A stretch of 64,000 bases of DNA from Minisyncoccota bacterium (GTDB lineage Bacteria > Patescibacteriota > Microgenomatia > UBA1400 > UBA12028): NCBI GenBank assembly GCA_016211945.1, contig JACRHV010000006.1, forward strand, positions 46,723-110,722. The letters run 5' to 3'. Positions within the stretch are counted from its first letter, which is position 1. Every line of letters starts with the position of its first letter. A model generated the notes under the pieces. That model made no database searches and had not been told where the DNA came from. It saw only the letters and a program-made list of their open reading frames with translations. A program made the position numbers and the translations under genes. Of the stretch, positions 1 through 8,611 are shown one piece after another.

Positions 1-25
1 GAAGAATCATAATAATTAGGCATCG

Positions 26-748
26 TTAATAAAACTTCTCGTGATGAATATACTCTTTTCCAACTCCCTTATTCAACAAGAGTGTTTTAACGTCATCAAT
101 CATTGCATTGTTCCCACAGACGTAATACCCCGCATCAAGTGGTATCTTGTGAATACTCAGACAGTCTGTCACTCTTCCTCTGCACAATGACCATTCTTCC
201 TGCGATTGCGAGAGAACAAGATGTAAGGAAAAATTTGGAAATGATCGACCAAGATCCTCAAAATCATCAAGCCAGCAGAGATCTGCCTCGTATCGTAGTC
301 CCCAATACAATGTCATTAACCGCTGATCCTTTTTCTGTTGAAGTTGATCCAAAATCATGCTTCGAATTGGGGTAATTCCCGATCCCGTCGCAATAAAAAG
401 GAGAGCTTTTTCATGCGTACCAATCTCCGATTCTTGCGAGGCCACAACAAACTGACCAACTGGAGCCCGAAACGAAATGATATCTCCAGGCTTTAAGTTT
501 TTAATATAGGTTGTTCCGGCGCCTTGTGGAGAAATATCCACAAGTAACTCTATGGCGTGATCCATTGTTGGTGAGGACGCAATAGAGTAACTTTTTTTCT
601 GTTCGGTTCCTGGCACATCCAAAAGGATATACTGCCCCGCCTGAAACTCTATACGATGAGGTTCAACAAGTTCGATATGGAGATAATGAAACTTCGGCGT
701 GAGTTCTAAAGACTCGGAAATTCTTGCGGAAAATTGGAGTATTGCCAT
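26..748 (-). CDS. FAD/NAD(P)-binding oxidoreductase (ferredoxin-NADP reductase-like module, PyrK/FNR family)
   Basis: 240-aa ORF; FAD-binding 'KSYSIAS' (R/KxYS-type) and NAD-binding 'ATGSGITP' (GTGxxP-type) motifs in correct order; stand-alone FNR module without ferredoxin domain. Confidence 0.55.
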   Translation of the reverse strand: MAILQFSARISESLELTPKFHYLHIELVEPHRIEFQAGQYILLDVPGTEQKKSYSIASSPTMDHAIELLVDISPQGAGTTYIKNLKPGDIISFRAPVGQFVVASQESEIGTHEKALLFIATGSGITPIRSMILDQLQQKKDQRLMTLYWGLRYEADLCWLDDFEDLGRSFPNFSLHLVLSQSQEEWSLCRGRVTDCLSIHKIPLDAGYYVCGNNAMIDDVKTLLLNKGVGKEYIHHEKFY

Positions 749-772
749 GCGGGAAGTATATCAGAAAAGCAT

Positions 773-1639
773 CTAGAGTTCTTCGATTTTCATGGTCGAT
801 GTATCGAGTGATCCGCCCAAAAATTGAAGATATTTCTCTGTCGTTGTAATGCGCTTGTGTCCCACAAGTTGGCTGACATAGACAAGGGGCGTCCCCGCCG
901 CCAATTGTTCGACAATAAACGTGTGACGAAGATCATTCACTTTTGCTTTTGTGATACCAGCGATTCTAAAATACCGATCGATTGCGGATCGAATATTTCG
1001 AATCAAAAAAGGTTTGCATGTTTTTGTGATAAATAGCGTTTTCTCTCGAGTTTTTGGACGAATTGTCAAATATTCTTGGAGTACTCTACTTGCTGCGTTG
1101 TTCATAGGAATTGTTCGCATCATCCCAGTCTCCTCATCCTTGATTGTAAGTGTGCGTTTGTCGAGATCGCATCCATCAATTTTTAATCCCGCTAGCTCGC
1201 TAATGCGCATGCCTGTTTGCAAAAGAAGCTCGACAACCGCAGACATTCTTTTATCGCCACGACATGCATCACGAAGTGAACGATACTCCGTCTTGGTTAA
1301 GATGCGAGGAGCCGATGATTCATATTTTGGTTTTATAACACGAGAGACCGGATTTTTTTCAATGACTCCAGTTTCACGAAGGTAGGTGAAGAATGCTTTG
1401 AGCGAGTTTAATTTCCTCACAATAGATTTGTTTGTATATCTCTTTTGTTGAAGATTTTCGCTGAAGCTCTCGACGAGTTCGAGTGATACCTGAGAAGGTA
1501 GTTCGTTATTACTTTTCTCTGCTATTTCAATGAATTGGTCAACGTCTTTTCCATATGCAAGAACCGTTGAATGTGCTTTTTTCTGTTTTCGAAGTTCCTC
1601 TAAAAAGAGGGTATGATATTCTCGAAGTGTTTGTGCCAT
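773..1639 (-). CDS. tyrosine site-specific recombinase, XerC/XerD family
   Basis: 288 aa; C-terminal catalytic signature 'LRHTF...LVGHKRITTTEKYLQ' (R..HxxR..Y of tyrosine recombinases); N-terminal SAM-like core-binding domain. Confidence 0.75.
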   Translation of the reverse strand: MAQTLREYHTLFLEELRKQKKAHSTVLAYGKDVDQFIEIAEKSNNELPSQVSLELVESFSENLQQKRYTNKSIVRKLNSLKAFFTYLRETGVIEKNPVSRVIKPKYESSAPRILTKTEYRSLRDACRGDKRMSAVVELLLQTGMRISELAGLKIDGCDLDKRTLTIKDEETGMMRTIPMNNAASRVLQEYLTIRPKTREKTLFITKTCKPFLIRNIRSAIDRYFRIAGITKAKVNDLRHTFIVEQLAAGTPLVYVSQLVGHKRITTTEKYLQFLGGSLDTSTMKIEEL

Positions 1640-1718
1640 AGTATGTAATCGTTTTACGAGCAGTCACGTCCGGCAGGAGATACATGAGTATCCGAGATAA
1701 TACAATGTATAGGATAGT

Positions 1719-2114
1719 TTGTCAATGAAAAATCATCGAGTATCCCCAATATATATAGGATTATGGATTATCCTTTGTACTGCAGTTAGTGTATCGCTCA
1801 TAAAGCATTTGTATGATATTTCTCAAGTGTATCGACGCGTACAAACAATCGAAGAAAAAAACGAGGTAGTACAAAGAGAAAATGCAGAAAAGAAAAAGAA
1901 AATTGATGAGTCAAAAACTCCATTTGTTCGAGAACAAATGATCCGAGATGAACTTGGTATGCAAAAACCCAATGAAAAGATTGTGCAGATTATCCAAACG
2001 CCCGAGCTCGCACCGTCTCAATCACCCACTGTTATAGCGCAACAAAAGATTTCACTGTGGGACAAAATTTCTCTCGTATTTTCCAAAATTCGAGGTTTCT
2101 TTTCCAGACGTTGA
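1719..2114 (+). CDS. FtsB/DivIC-like septum formation initiator (single TM + coiled coil)
   Basis: 131 aa; N-terminal TM 'IYIGLWIILCTAVSV', Lys/Glu-rich coiled coil, then 'IRDELGM' motif typical of FtsB/DivIC. Confidence 0.5.
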   Translation: MSMKNHRVSPIYIGLWIILCTAVSVSLIKHLYDISQVYRRVQTIEEKNEVVQRENAEKKKKIDESKTPFVREQMIRDELGMQKPNEKIVQIIQTPELAPSQSPTVIAQQKISLWDKISLVFSKIRGFFSRR

Positions 2115-2125
2115 GGTGTATACTC

Positions 2126-2382
2126 CTCCCTATCGCGCGGGGTAGTGTACGGCTGCACGTGAGGCTCAATATGGGCCATCAACCTCTGGTTGATGAATTC
2201 TGGCTATATCGGTGAAACCCCTCTGGGGCAATACCGAGGAAAGATCTTCACTTTTGTGAAGAAATCCGTAGAGACTATACGCCAGATCCGTTACAACGGA
2301 AAGATATAGTCCGACACTCTTAGTAATAGGAGAAACAGGTGCATAATCTCGCAGACAAGGTTCGACTCCTTGCCCCGCAACA
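2126..2382 (+). ncRNA. ssrA: tmRNA (ssrA) candidate, unusually short (~257 nt)
   Basis: 5' 'GCGGGGUAGUGUACGGCUGCAC' resembles tmRNA 5' acceptor/D-analog (GGGGxxGUUACGGAUUCGAC); 3' end has T-arm 'CAAGG-UUCGACU-CCUUG' matching the tmRNA T-loop consensus GGUUCGACUCC, followed by acceptor 3' strand 'GCCCCGC' complementary to 5' 'GCGGGGU' and discriminator A; terminator immediately downstream; tag ORF not confidently identified (triple stop UAGUAAUAG at ~2330). Confidence 0.45.
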
Positions 2383-2389
2383 CGATAAG

Positions 2390-2411
2390 ACCGCCCGAGA
2401 GGGCGGTTTTT
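2390..2411 (+). terminator. rho-independent terminator after tmRNA candidate
   Basis: hairpin CCGCCC-GAGA-GGGCGG followed by TTTTT. Confidence 0.6.
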
Positions 2412-2449
2412 AAATTATTAATGCTGTAAAATACTATATCGACCAGCAT

Positions 2450-2522
2450 GCCAGGGTAGCTCAGTGGTAGATGCAATCGTCTCATAAGCGATAGGCCGGG
2501 AGTTCGAGTCTCCCCCCTGGCA
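2450..2522 (+). tRNA. tRNA-Met (anticodon CAT; could be initiator, elongator or tRNA-Ile2-lysidine type)
   Basis: acceptor GCCAGGG/CCCTGGC 7 bp, anticodon stem ATCGT/GCGAT with loop CTCATAA (CAT at 2483-2485), T-arm GGGAG-TTCGAGT-CTCCC, discriminator A; D-stem imperfect; CCA not encoded. Confidence 0.8.
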
Positions 2523-2791
2523 CATTTCTGAACCATAGCATTTTTCTTGCTCGCTCTGTTGTTTTCACCCCTCCATCCCACCAAACCCCACCTCCACTTT
2601 TGTAAGCTATTTGTAAGATTCGCACGATACCATATACACATGATCAAATTCCTTTCCTCCCCCAACCCATTACTCGCTAGCATCGCGGTACTTGTCATAC
2701 CGTGGTTCTCTATTCTGAAGGCGCTCATCACTGCAGCGTACTTCTTCATGCAAGCCTACAGAGGCTAAACCAAAAAAGCCGCTGGATGAGC

Positions 2792-2822
2792 CAAAAAGCC
2801 CCGGACTTGCCGGGGCTTTTTT
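2792..2822. terminator. bidirectional rho-independent terminator (serves groEL on minus strand and the tRNA on plus strand)
   Basis: AAAAAGCCCCGG-ACTTG-CCGGGGCTTTTTT: GC hairpin flanked by A-run and T-run. Confidence 0.6.
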
Positions 2823-2845
2823 CTATTTTCGTATGTAAGAAAGCA

Positions 2846-4480
2846 TTACATATCCATGCCGCCCATACCTGGAGCACCACCTCCCATACCAACCTTCTTG
2901 TCTTCCTTAATATCGGTAATCAGACAGCGTGTTGTCAAGATCATGCCTGCCACACTTGCCGCATTCTTCAATGCATGCTTTGCAACCTTGGCTGGATCAA
3001 TCACGCCCATCTTGAGCATGTCGCCAAACTCCAATGTTTGTGCGTTAAATCCATAGGTTGGACTTTCCTGCGAAAGCACTTGGTACAACACCTTTCCGCC
3101 GTCAGCTCCGGAGTTTTCCGCAAGTTTGCGCAAAGGCATTGCCAAGACATCGCGGACAATCTTAATACCTGCCACAACATCCTCATCTTTTTCCTTCAAA
3201 ACATCCAATGCTTTGACTGCGCGCAGGTAGGTCACACCACCACCCGGGATTACCCCTTCCTCAATCGCGGCCTTGGTCGCTTCCTTTGCATCCTTGACGC
3301 GCTCTTGAAGCTCCTTTAGTTCAATCTCTGTTGCAGCGCCAACCTTAATGACCGCAACACCACCGGATAGCTTCGCCAACCGCTCCTGCAACTTCTCTTT
3401 GTCAAAATCAGAAGTCGTGATATCGATTTCTTTTTTGATCTGCGCGACTCGTCCGTTGATGTCGGCCTTTGTTCCTTTGCCTCCAACAATTGTGGTTGTA
3501 TCCTTGGTCGAACGTACGCTGTCGGCATGTCCGCAGTCTTCCGGTGTCACCGAGTCCAACTTGCGACCCGTATCACTGGAAATAAATTGGCCACCCGTTA
3601 ACACTGCGATATCCTGCAACATCGCCTTGCGTCGATCACCAAATCCTGGGGCTTTGACCGCCAACACATTAAACACTCCACGAAGCTTGTTCACGACCAA
3701 TGTCGCAAGCGCCTCGCCATCAACATCGTCAGCAATCAACACAAAATTCTTGGAAATCTTCATGAGTTTTTCCAAAAATGGGAGGAGATCTTGAATTGAG
3801 CTGATCTTTTGATCGGTAATCAAGATGTATGGATTCTCCATAACGGCTTCCATGCTATCTGAGTTCGTCACAAAATACGGAGACACGTAACCTTTATCGA
3901 AGGCCATGCCCTCGGTATGCTCGATCTCGATATCCATGGTCTTGCCTTCCTCAACCTCGACCACTCCATTCTTTCCCACGAGTTTTAATGCCTCAGCAAT
4001 TTTTTCGCCGATCGCGGCATTTTGCGCAGAAATAGTGGCAACCTTCACCCAATCTTCTTCTTTCACCGGCTTCGCCAACTTGCTAATCTGTTCGACCACC
4101 GCGGAAACCGCAAGGTCAATGCCTTTTTTCACCATCATTGGGTTTGCACCAGCAGCAATATTCTTCATACCCATAGCGGTTAAATGATGCGCTAATAGTG
4201 TGGCCGTGGTTGTTCCATCACCAGCAACATCGTTTGTTTTTGAGGCCGCTTCCTTGACAAGTTGCGCACCCATATTTTCATACGGATCTTCCAAGTTCAC
4301 TTCTTTTGCAACGCTGACACCATCATGCAGAACCGCTGGGGCTCCCCAAGATTTGTCGATCGCGACATTTCCACCACGCGGACCTAATGTGGTTACCACT
4401 GCCGCGGAAAGTTTAGCGATACCTGCAAGCATTTTTTGCTGCGCTTCATCGTTAAACACCATTTGTTTTGCTGTTGCCAT
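2846..4480 (-). CDS. groL: chaperonin GroEL (Cpn60)
   Basis: 544 aa; 'AAVEEGVIPGGGV' and other GroEL signatures; C-terminal GGM repeat tail 'GMGGGAPGMGGMDM'; immediately downstream of groES. Confidence 0.97.
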   Translation of the reverse strand: MATAKQMVFNDEAQQKMLAGIAKLSAAVVTTLGPRGGNVAIDKSWGAPAVLHDGVSVAKEVNLEDPYENMGAQLVKEAASKTNDVAGDGTTTATLLAHHLTAMGMKNIAAGANPMMVKKGIDLAVSAVVEQISKLAKPVKEEDWVKVATISAQNAAIGEKIAEALKLVGKNGVVEVEEGKTMDIEIEHTEGMAFDKGYVSPYFVTNSDSMEAVMENPYILITDQKISSIQDLLPFLEKLMKISKNFVLIADDVDGEALATLVVNKLRGVFNVLAVKAPGFGDRRKAMLQDIAVLTGGQFISSDTGRKLDSVTPEDCGHADSVRSTKDTTTIVGGKGTKADINGRVAQIKKEIDITTSDFDKEKLQERLAKLSGGVAVIKVGAATEIELKELQERVKDAKEATKAAIEEGVIPGGGVTYLRAVKALDVLKEKDEDVVAGIKIVRDVLAMPLRKLAENSGADGGKVLYQVLSQESPTYGFNAQTLEFGDMLKMGVIDPAKVAKHALKNAASVAGMILTTRCLITDIKEDKKVGMGGGAPGMGGMDM

Positions 4481-4489
4481 AAATCCTCC

Positions 4490-4798
4490 TTATTTCACTG
4501 TCGCTAAAATATCTTCAAATTTTAAAAATTGATACTCTATGTCACCGATCTTGACCTCATTTCCACCCCACTTTTTGTAGATCACCGTATCTTTAGCTTT
4601 ACACGGAGCCTTGACTGTTGCGCCGTGTTCTGTCACCCAGTCCGCACCAACCGCCAATACCGTCCCATACTGTGGTTTTTCGTCGTGCGAATCGGGGAGA
4701 TAAATACCGCTTGTTGTTTTTGTTTGCTTTGCCGCCGGCTCAACGAGCACGTATCCCGGCATGGGTTGAAGTTTTGAGACAGAAACTGACATTGCCAT
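4490..4798 (-). CDS. groS: co-chaperonin GroES (Cpn10)
   Basis: 102 aa; 'LQPMPGYVLVEP...TTSGIYLPD...GTVLAVG' GroES pattern; GGAGG RBS. Confidence 0.95.
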   Translation of the reverse strand: MAMSVSVSKLQPMPGYVLVEPAAKQTKTTSGIYLPDSHDEKPQYGTVLAVGADWVTEHGATVKAPCKAKDTVIYKKWGGNEVKIGDIEYQFLKFEDILATVK

Positions 4799-4835
4799 AG
4801 TTCCTCCTTATTTTTGAATATACATACAAACGAAG

Positions 4836-4862
4836 TTAGCAGTAACTTATCAGAAGTGCTAA
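4836..4862. promoter_or_regulatory. CIRCE-like inverted repeat (HrcA operator) upstream of groES
   Basis: TTAGCAGTA-N9-AAGTGCTAA on plus strand (reverse complement TTAGCACTT-N9-TACTGCTAA) vs consensus TTAGCACTC-N9-GAGTGCTAA; located 38-64 nt upstream of groES start. Confidence 0.65.
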
Positions 4863-4927
4863 TTTGTGTCAAGGGGCAGAGCTGAATAAATTTTCACCCT
4901 TCTTTTCTATGCAGTATAATAACTCCT

Positions 4928-6124
4928 ATGTCTTCTCGCCCCACCGTCGCAGTTCTCTTTGGCAGCCGCAGCGTTGAGCATGAAGTATCTGTGGTTACCG
5001 CAATGCAGATTCTCGCGAACATTGATCGCAATAAATACAATGTTGTTCCCGTGTATATTGATAAACAGGGACGATGGCTCACAGGAAAAGGACTGGAAAA
5101 CCTCGAATCATTTAAGTCTCTCGCGCTTCGCGACGCATCCAAGTTTTTGGAAATTTCTCCATCGGCAACGCCAACACGCGCGATGATAGAACCACTCCGC
5201 AGTGGACTGCTTTCACCAAAAATTCCAAGAATCGATGTTGTGTTTCCCGCACTCCACGGAACATTCGGCGAGGATGGAACGGTTCAGGGTCTCTTGGAAC
5301 TCGCAAACATCCCGTATGTGGGATGCGGCGTTACCGCGAGTGCGGTTGGAATGGATAAAGTCCTTCAAAAGGCCATCTTCAAGCAGGTGGGACTAAACGT
5401 CGTCAAACACAGTTGGTTTTTCCGCGAAACATATCAACAAAATCCAGAGTCCATTATCAAAAACCTCGAAAAAGAACTCCCCTACCCCATGATCGTCAAA
5501 CCAGCGAACTTGGGTTCCAGCGTTGGCATTACACTCGCAAAAAATCGAGAAACATTACAGGAGGCCATTGAGGTCGCACAAGCGTTCGATCGAAAGATTC
5601 TTGTTGAGGAAGTAGTACAAGATATGATCGAGATCAATTGTTCGGTTCTTGGGTGGAAAACACTTGAGGCCTCTGTGTGTGAGCAGCCGGTTAAACACGA
5701 CGAGTTTCTCTCGTATAAAGACAAATACATGGGCGGCGGGAAAAAGGCCGGGACAAAAGATGCTCCCGCAAAAGGTTCATCCAAAGGAATGGCAAGTTTG
5801 GCGCGCCTTGTTCCAGCACCAATCCCGGAACCACTCGCAAAACAGATTCAAGAAATGGCAAAGGTTGCGTTCCGATCCATTGACGGTTCCGGCATTGCCC
5901 GCATTGACTTCATGGTGACCACCACAAGAGGAAAAGTTACACCACAATCTAAAGTCTATATCAACGAGATCAATACGCTCCCTGGTTCGTTCTCGTTTTA
6001 CCTCTGGGAAGCTACCGGTGTGCAGTTTGTGACATTAATTGACAAACTTATCGATATAGCAATAGAACGGCAGCATGATAAAAATACAACGACGTTTAGT
6101 ATTGATTCGAAATTGCTCGGATAA
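4928..6124 (+). CDS. ddl: D-alanine--D-alanine ligase (ATP-grasp) with Lys/Gly-rich insertion
   Basis: 398 aa; 'VAVLFGSRSVEHEVS', 'FPALHGTFGEDGTVQGLLELANIPYVGCGV..SAVGMDK' Ddl signatures; ~40-aa insertion 'KDKYMGGGKKAGTKDAPAKGSSKGMASLARLVPAPIP'. Confidence 0.9.
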   Translation: MSSRPTVAVLFGSRSVEHEVSVVTAMQILANIDRNKYNVVPVYIDKQGRWLTGKGLENLESFKSLALRDASKFLEISPSATPTRAMIEPLRSGLLSPKIPRIDVVFPALHGTFGEDGTVQGLLELANIPYVGCGVTASAVGMDKVLQKAIFKQVGLNVVKHSWFFRETYQQNPESIIKNLEKELPYPMIVKPANLGSSVGITLAKNRETLQEAIEVAQAFDRKILVEEVVQDMIEINCSVLGWKTLEASVCEQPVKHDEFLSYKDKYMGGGKKAGTKDAPAKGSSKGMASLARLVPAPIPEPLAKQIQEMAKVAFRSIDGSGIARIDFMVTTTRGKVTPQSKVYINEINTLPGSFSFYLWEATGVQFVTLIDKLIDIAIERQHDKNTTTFSIDSKLLG

Positions 6125-6172
6125 TCTCCGTTTATTGAAACAACGAATAAAACACGATATAATCCGGCAAAT

Positions 6173-7558
6173 ATGAAGATTTTTCAATCATTTTTTTCAA
6201 TCCTACTCTTCGCCTTTGTTGTCCTCATTTTTGCAACCCAAGTGTATGCAAATCTCAAGTACGGAAGTGGCGAGTATGTAAATATTTGCGGAACAGGTCT
6301 TGCGGCAACGGAAAACAAATGTAATAAAGGTTGTGATACGTCCTCTGGGACCTGTTCTGCGAGTGGAAACTATGTCGTGAAGTTTACGTGTAACGGACGA
6401 ACAAGTGATGGCGAATGCCGAAGCAATGAAACATCTTTCTCCACCTCGCAATCTCTATCTGGAACAACCTGCGGAAAAACCGTACAAATCGATGTCTTTG
6501 ATCGAACTTGCCGTAATCAATATGGCCAATGGGAAACCTGCGCATTACAAGACTACATTGTGTGGTATTCCGGCGACTGCTCAACAACAACCACACAACG
6601 ATCGTGCAACGAATCGTGTTCGGCAAATAGCGACTGCGGTTCCGGACTGACGTGTTATTCCGGTTCTTGCCGTAATCCATCATGTGCTTCTCAATCTTCT
6701 TGCCAATGCTCTCCGCCCACACCAAGCGCATGCAACGGATCGTGTGCAACAAATAGCGACTGTGCGAGTGGTCTTGTGTGCCGATCCGGATACTGCAGAA
6801 ACTCAATATGTGATTGGAAAACAAGTTGCCAGTGTGATGGTCCAACGCCAACACCAACCCCAACGCCTGAGTATAAAAGTTCATGTGACTCGCTCCAAGT
6901 CGTTGGCGGTAATAACTCCAATGTTCCATCAACTGTGACATTGAGAGCTCGGGCATCGGACAATAAGGGTTCAATTCAACGATATCGTTATTATTTTGGT
7001 GACGGAAAACAAGAAGAGATAACAAGTGTCGAGATTCAGCATAAATATGAAACATCCGGAAGTTTCTTAGCGCGCGTTGATGCGCAAGATAGCCGGGGAA
7101 ATTGGAAAAGCAGTAGTTCGTGTGAGGCCTGGGTGTATGTCAACTCTTCTCCAGTCGAATCATTCAAGTCAGATTGTTCAAACTTATTCGTCAATGGCGG
7201 GAATAACAACCAACCACCAACAACCGTTCAATTTACCTTAACGGGGTACGACAACAAGGGCGGGATTAATAAATACAAGCTCGATTTTGGGAATGGCATA
7301 GTCAAGGAAACAGATGGCAACACATTCGAACAGCGATATGACATAGCGGGAACATATGTTGCACGTGGATATATCAGAGACAATAAAGGAACCTGGAAGG
7401 GTGGAACTGGAAGCTGTTCACAAACGGTGTATGTCAACACGAAGCCACTCACACAACAACCAAAGACCGGTACCCCAACACTTTTGACCCTTGGTGCGAT
7501 TGGGAGTGGATTCATGGGAGTTCTTCTGCTTACATTGAAAAAGCGATTTGTCGCATAA
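6173..7558 (+). CDS. secreted cysteine-rich surface protein with two PKD-like repeats and C-terminal sortase-type sorting signal
   Basis: signal peptide 'ILLFAFVVLIFATQVYA'; two 42-aa 8-Cys modules; PKD-like repeats with 'YRYYFGDG' and 'YKLDFGNG'; C-terminus 'QQPKTGT' + hydrophobic 'PTLLTLGAIGSGFMGVLLLTL' + 'KKRFVA' resembles LPXTG-type sorting signal (non-canonical PKTG). Confidence 0.65.
   Translation: MKIFQSFFSILLFAFVVLIFATQVYANLKYGSGEYVNICGTGLAATENKCNKGCDTSSGTCSASGNYVVKFTCNGRTSDGECRSNETSFSTSQSLSGTTCGKTVQIDVFDRTCRNQYGQWETCALQDYIVWYSGDCSTTTTQRSCNESCSANSDCGSGLTCYSGSCRNPSCASQSSCQCSPPTPSACNGSCATNSDCASGLVCRSGYCRNSICDWKTSCQCDGPTPTPTPTPEYKSSCDSLQVVGGNNSNVPSTVTLRARASDNKGSIQRYRYYFGDGKQEEITSVEIQHKYETSGSFLARVDAQDSRGNWKSSSSCEAWVYVNSSPVESFKSDCSNLFVNGGNNNQPPTTVQFTLTGYDNKGGINKYKLDFGNGIVKETDGNTFEQRYDIAGTYVARGYIRDNKGTWKGGTGSCSQTVYVNTKPLTQQPKTGTPTLLTLGAIGSGFMGVLLLTLKKRFVA
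6605..6856 (+). repeat. in-frame tandem duplication (2 x 126 nt) encoding Cys-rich modules CN(E/G)SC(S/A)(A/T)NSDC(G/A)SGL(T/V)C(Y/R)SG(S/Y)CRN
   Basis: module 1 starts at Cys codon 6605, module 2 at 6731; period exactly 42 codons. Confidence 0.6.
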
Positions 7559-7561
7559 CTC

Positions 7562-8221
7562 ATGAAACACATATCTCGGCCAAATATTCCACGATTTGCA
7601 TTCTTTATTCTTCCCATTCTTTTTCTTGGGTTTTCACTGTATTGGTTTGCAACAGTATTTTTGCCTGTTGTATTTTTGGAAACACAATACCAATATCGAC
7701 AGGTTCTGCTTGAGGTTTTTCATACAACATCCCTGCGTGGTATTTTCATTCCAGAATTTCGCGTTGATCTCCGCGGCCGAGCTGCACAACATAATGTGAA
7801 CGGAATTTATATTCCAAAAGTCCAAGTTGATGCGGAAATTATTTACAATGTTGATCCAAATGATCAGAACGCCTACACTGCGGCACTCAAGAAGGGGATC
7901 GCCCACGCCTCCGGGACTGCGTTACCGGATAGTGGCGGACTTGGGTATTATTTTGCACACTCTACCACTCCGAATCTTGTGGCACAATATAATGCCGTGT
8001 TTTATTTACTTGGCAAGCTTGAAAAAGGCGACGATGTTTTTGTATGGCATCAAGGAAAACGGTTCATGTATAAGGTAACTGAAAAATCGCTTACCGATCC
8101 TAGTGATGTGAGCTTTCTTCAAAAAACATATGAGGAAGAAACCATTGTCCTGCAGACCTGTTGGCCGCCGGGGACGACGGTAAAACGGATGTTGGTGTTT
8201 GCGGAAAGAGTAGAAGAGTAA
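7562..8221 (+). CDS. sortase family transpeptidase
   Basis: 219 aa; N-terminal TM anchor; His in 'YYFAHSTT'; active-site 'IVLQTCWPPGT' (TLxTC motif); conserved Arg 'TVKRMLV'; directly downstream of candidate substrate. Confidence 0.65.
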   Translation: MKHISRPNIPRFAFFILPILFLGFSLYWFATVFLPVVFLETQYQYRQVLLEVFHTTSLRGIFIPEFRVDLRGRAAQHNVNGIYIPKVQVDAEIIYNVDPNDQNAYTAALKKGIAHASGTALPDSGGLGYYFAHSTTPNLVAQYNAVFYLLGKLEKGDDVFVWHQGKRFMYKVTEKSLTDPSDVSFLQKTYEEETIVLQTCWPPGTTVKRMLVFAERVEE

Positions 8222-8298
8222 GTAGGATTTTGTGCGATTTGTCAATGATAGTAGAAAGGTTTATACTGCGAATAACCCATACATAAAGAAGGAAACAT

Positions 8299-8610
8299 AT
8301 GCGACATTTAAGTCCTACGATTGTTATAGAACGCGGTGATTTTAGTGATCTTGGCGTTACCGTCGAGGCTCTTGCGAAAGAAATGATGAGTATTTTAAGC
8401 ACAGCCGCAACAACCGCCATCAGAGAACATTCTAAAGAAGACCCTAGGGGGCAGGTTATTACTATTATTAAGGTAAATCCAGAACAAGAGATTTCGGTAT
8501 CTTATAGAAATAACTATACTCCAAATTTAGGAGATGAAGATTTTCTCGATTCCCTTCTTTTGCGTGCTGCCGGCGAAGTAAAGTCACGCACCAATGTTGT
8601 TTCGGCTTAA
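8299..8610 (+). CDS. hypothetical protein
   Basis: 103-aa ORF with AAGGAAA RBS-like sequence 8 nt upstream; no recognisable motif. Confidence 0.4.
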   Translation: MRHLSPTIVIERGDFSDLGVTVEALAKEMMSILSTAATTAIREHSKEDPRGQVITIIKVNPEQEISVSYRNNYTPNLGDEDFLDSLLLRAAGEVKSRTNVVSA

Positions 8611-8611
8611 A

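Noticed and set aside
2341-2382. Apparent extra tRNA 3' half (T-arm GGTTCGACTCC + acceptor strand) upstream of tRNA-Met
   Set aside because: There is no matching D-arm or anticodon arm at tRNA spacing. It is better explained as the tRNA-like domain of the tmRNA candidate starting at ~2126.
2291-2749. 152-aa minus-strand ORF spanning the tRNA-Met and tmRNA region
   Set aside because: It overlaps two structured RNA genes and a terminator on the opposite strand, with no RBS. It is most likely a chance ORF.
2547-2768. 73-aa plus-strand ORF between tRNA-Met and the bidirectional terminator
   Set aside because: It could be a small membrane peptide (its internal Met at residue 32 yields a 42-aa hydrophobic product), but it has no RBS and lies in a low-complexity C/T-rich region. 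Coding evidence is insufficient.
2702-4532. Multiple plus-strand ORFs (2702..3319, 3348..3794, 3906..4187, 4200..4532) antisense to groEL
   Set aside because: They lie entirely within the highly conserved groEL coding region on the opposite strand and are typical antisense artefacts.
6384-7055. 223-aa minus-strand ORF inside the Cys-rich surface protein gene
   Set aside because: It is antisense to a gene with strong signal peptide, repeats and sorting-signal evidence, and it has no motif.
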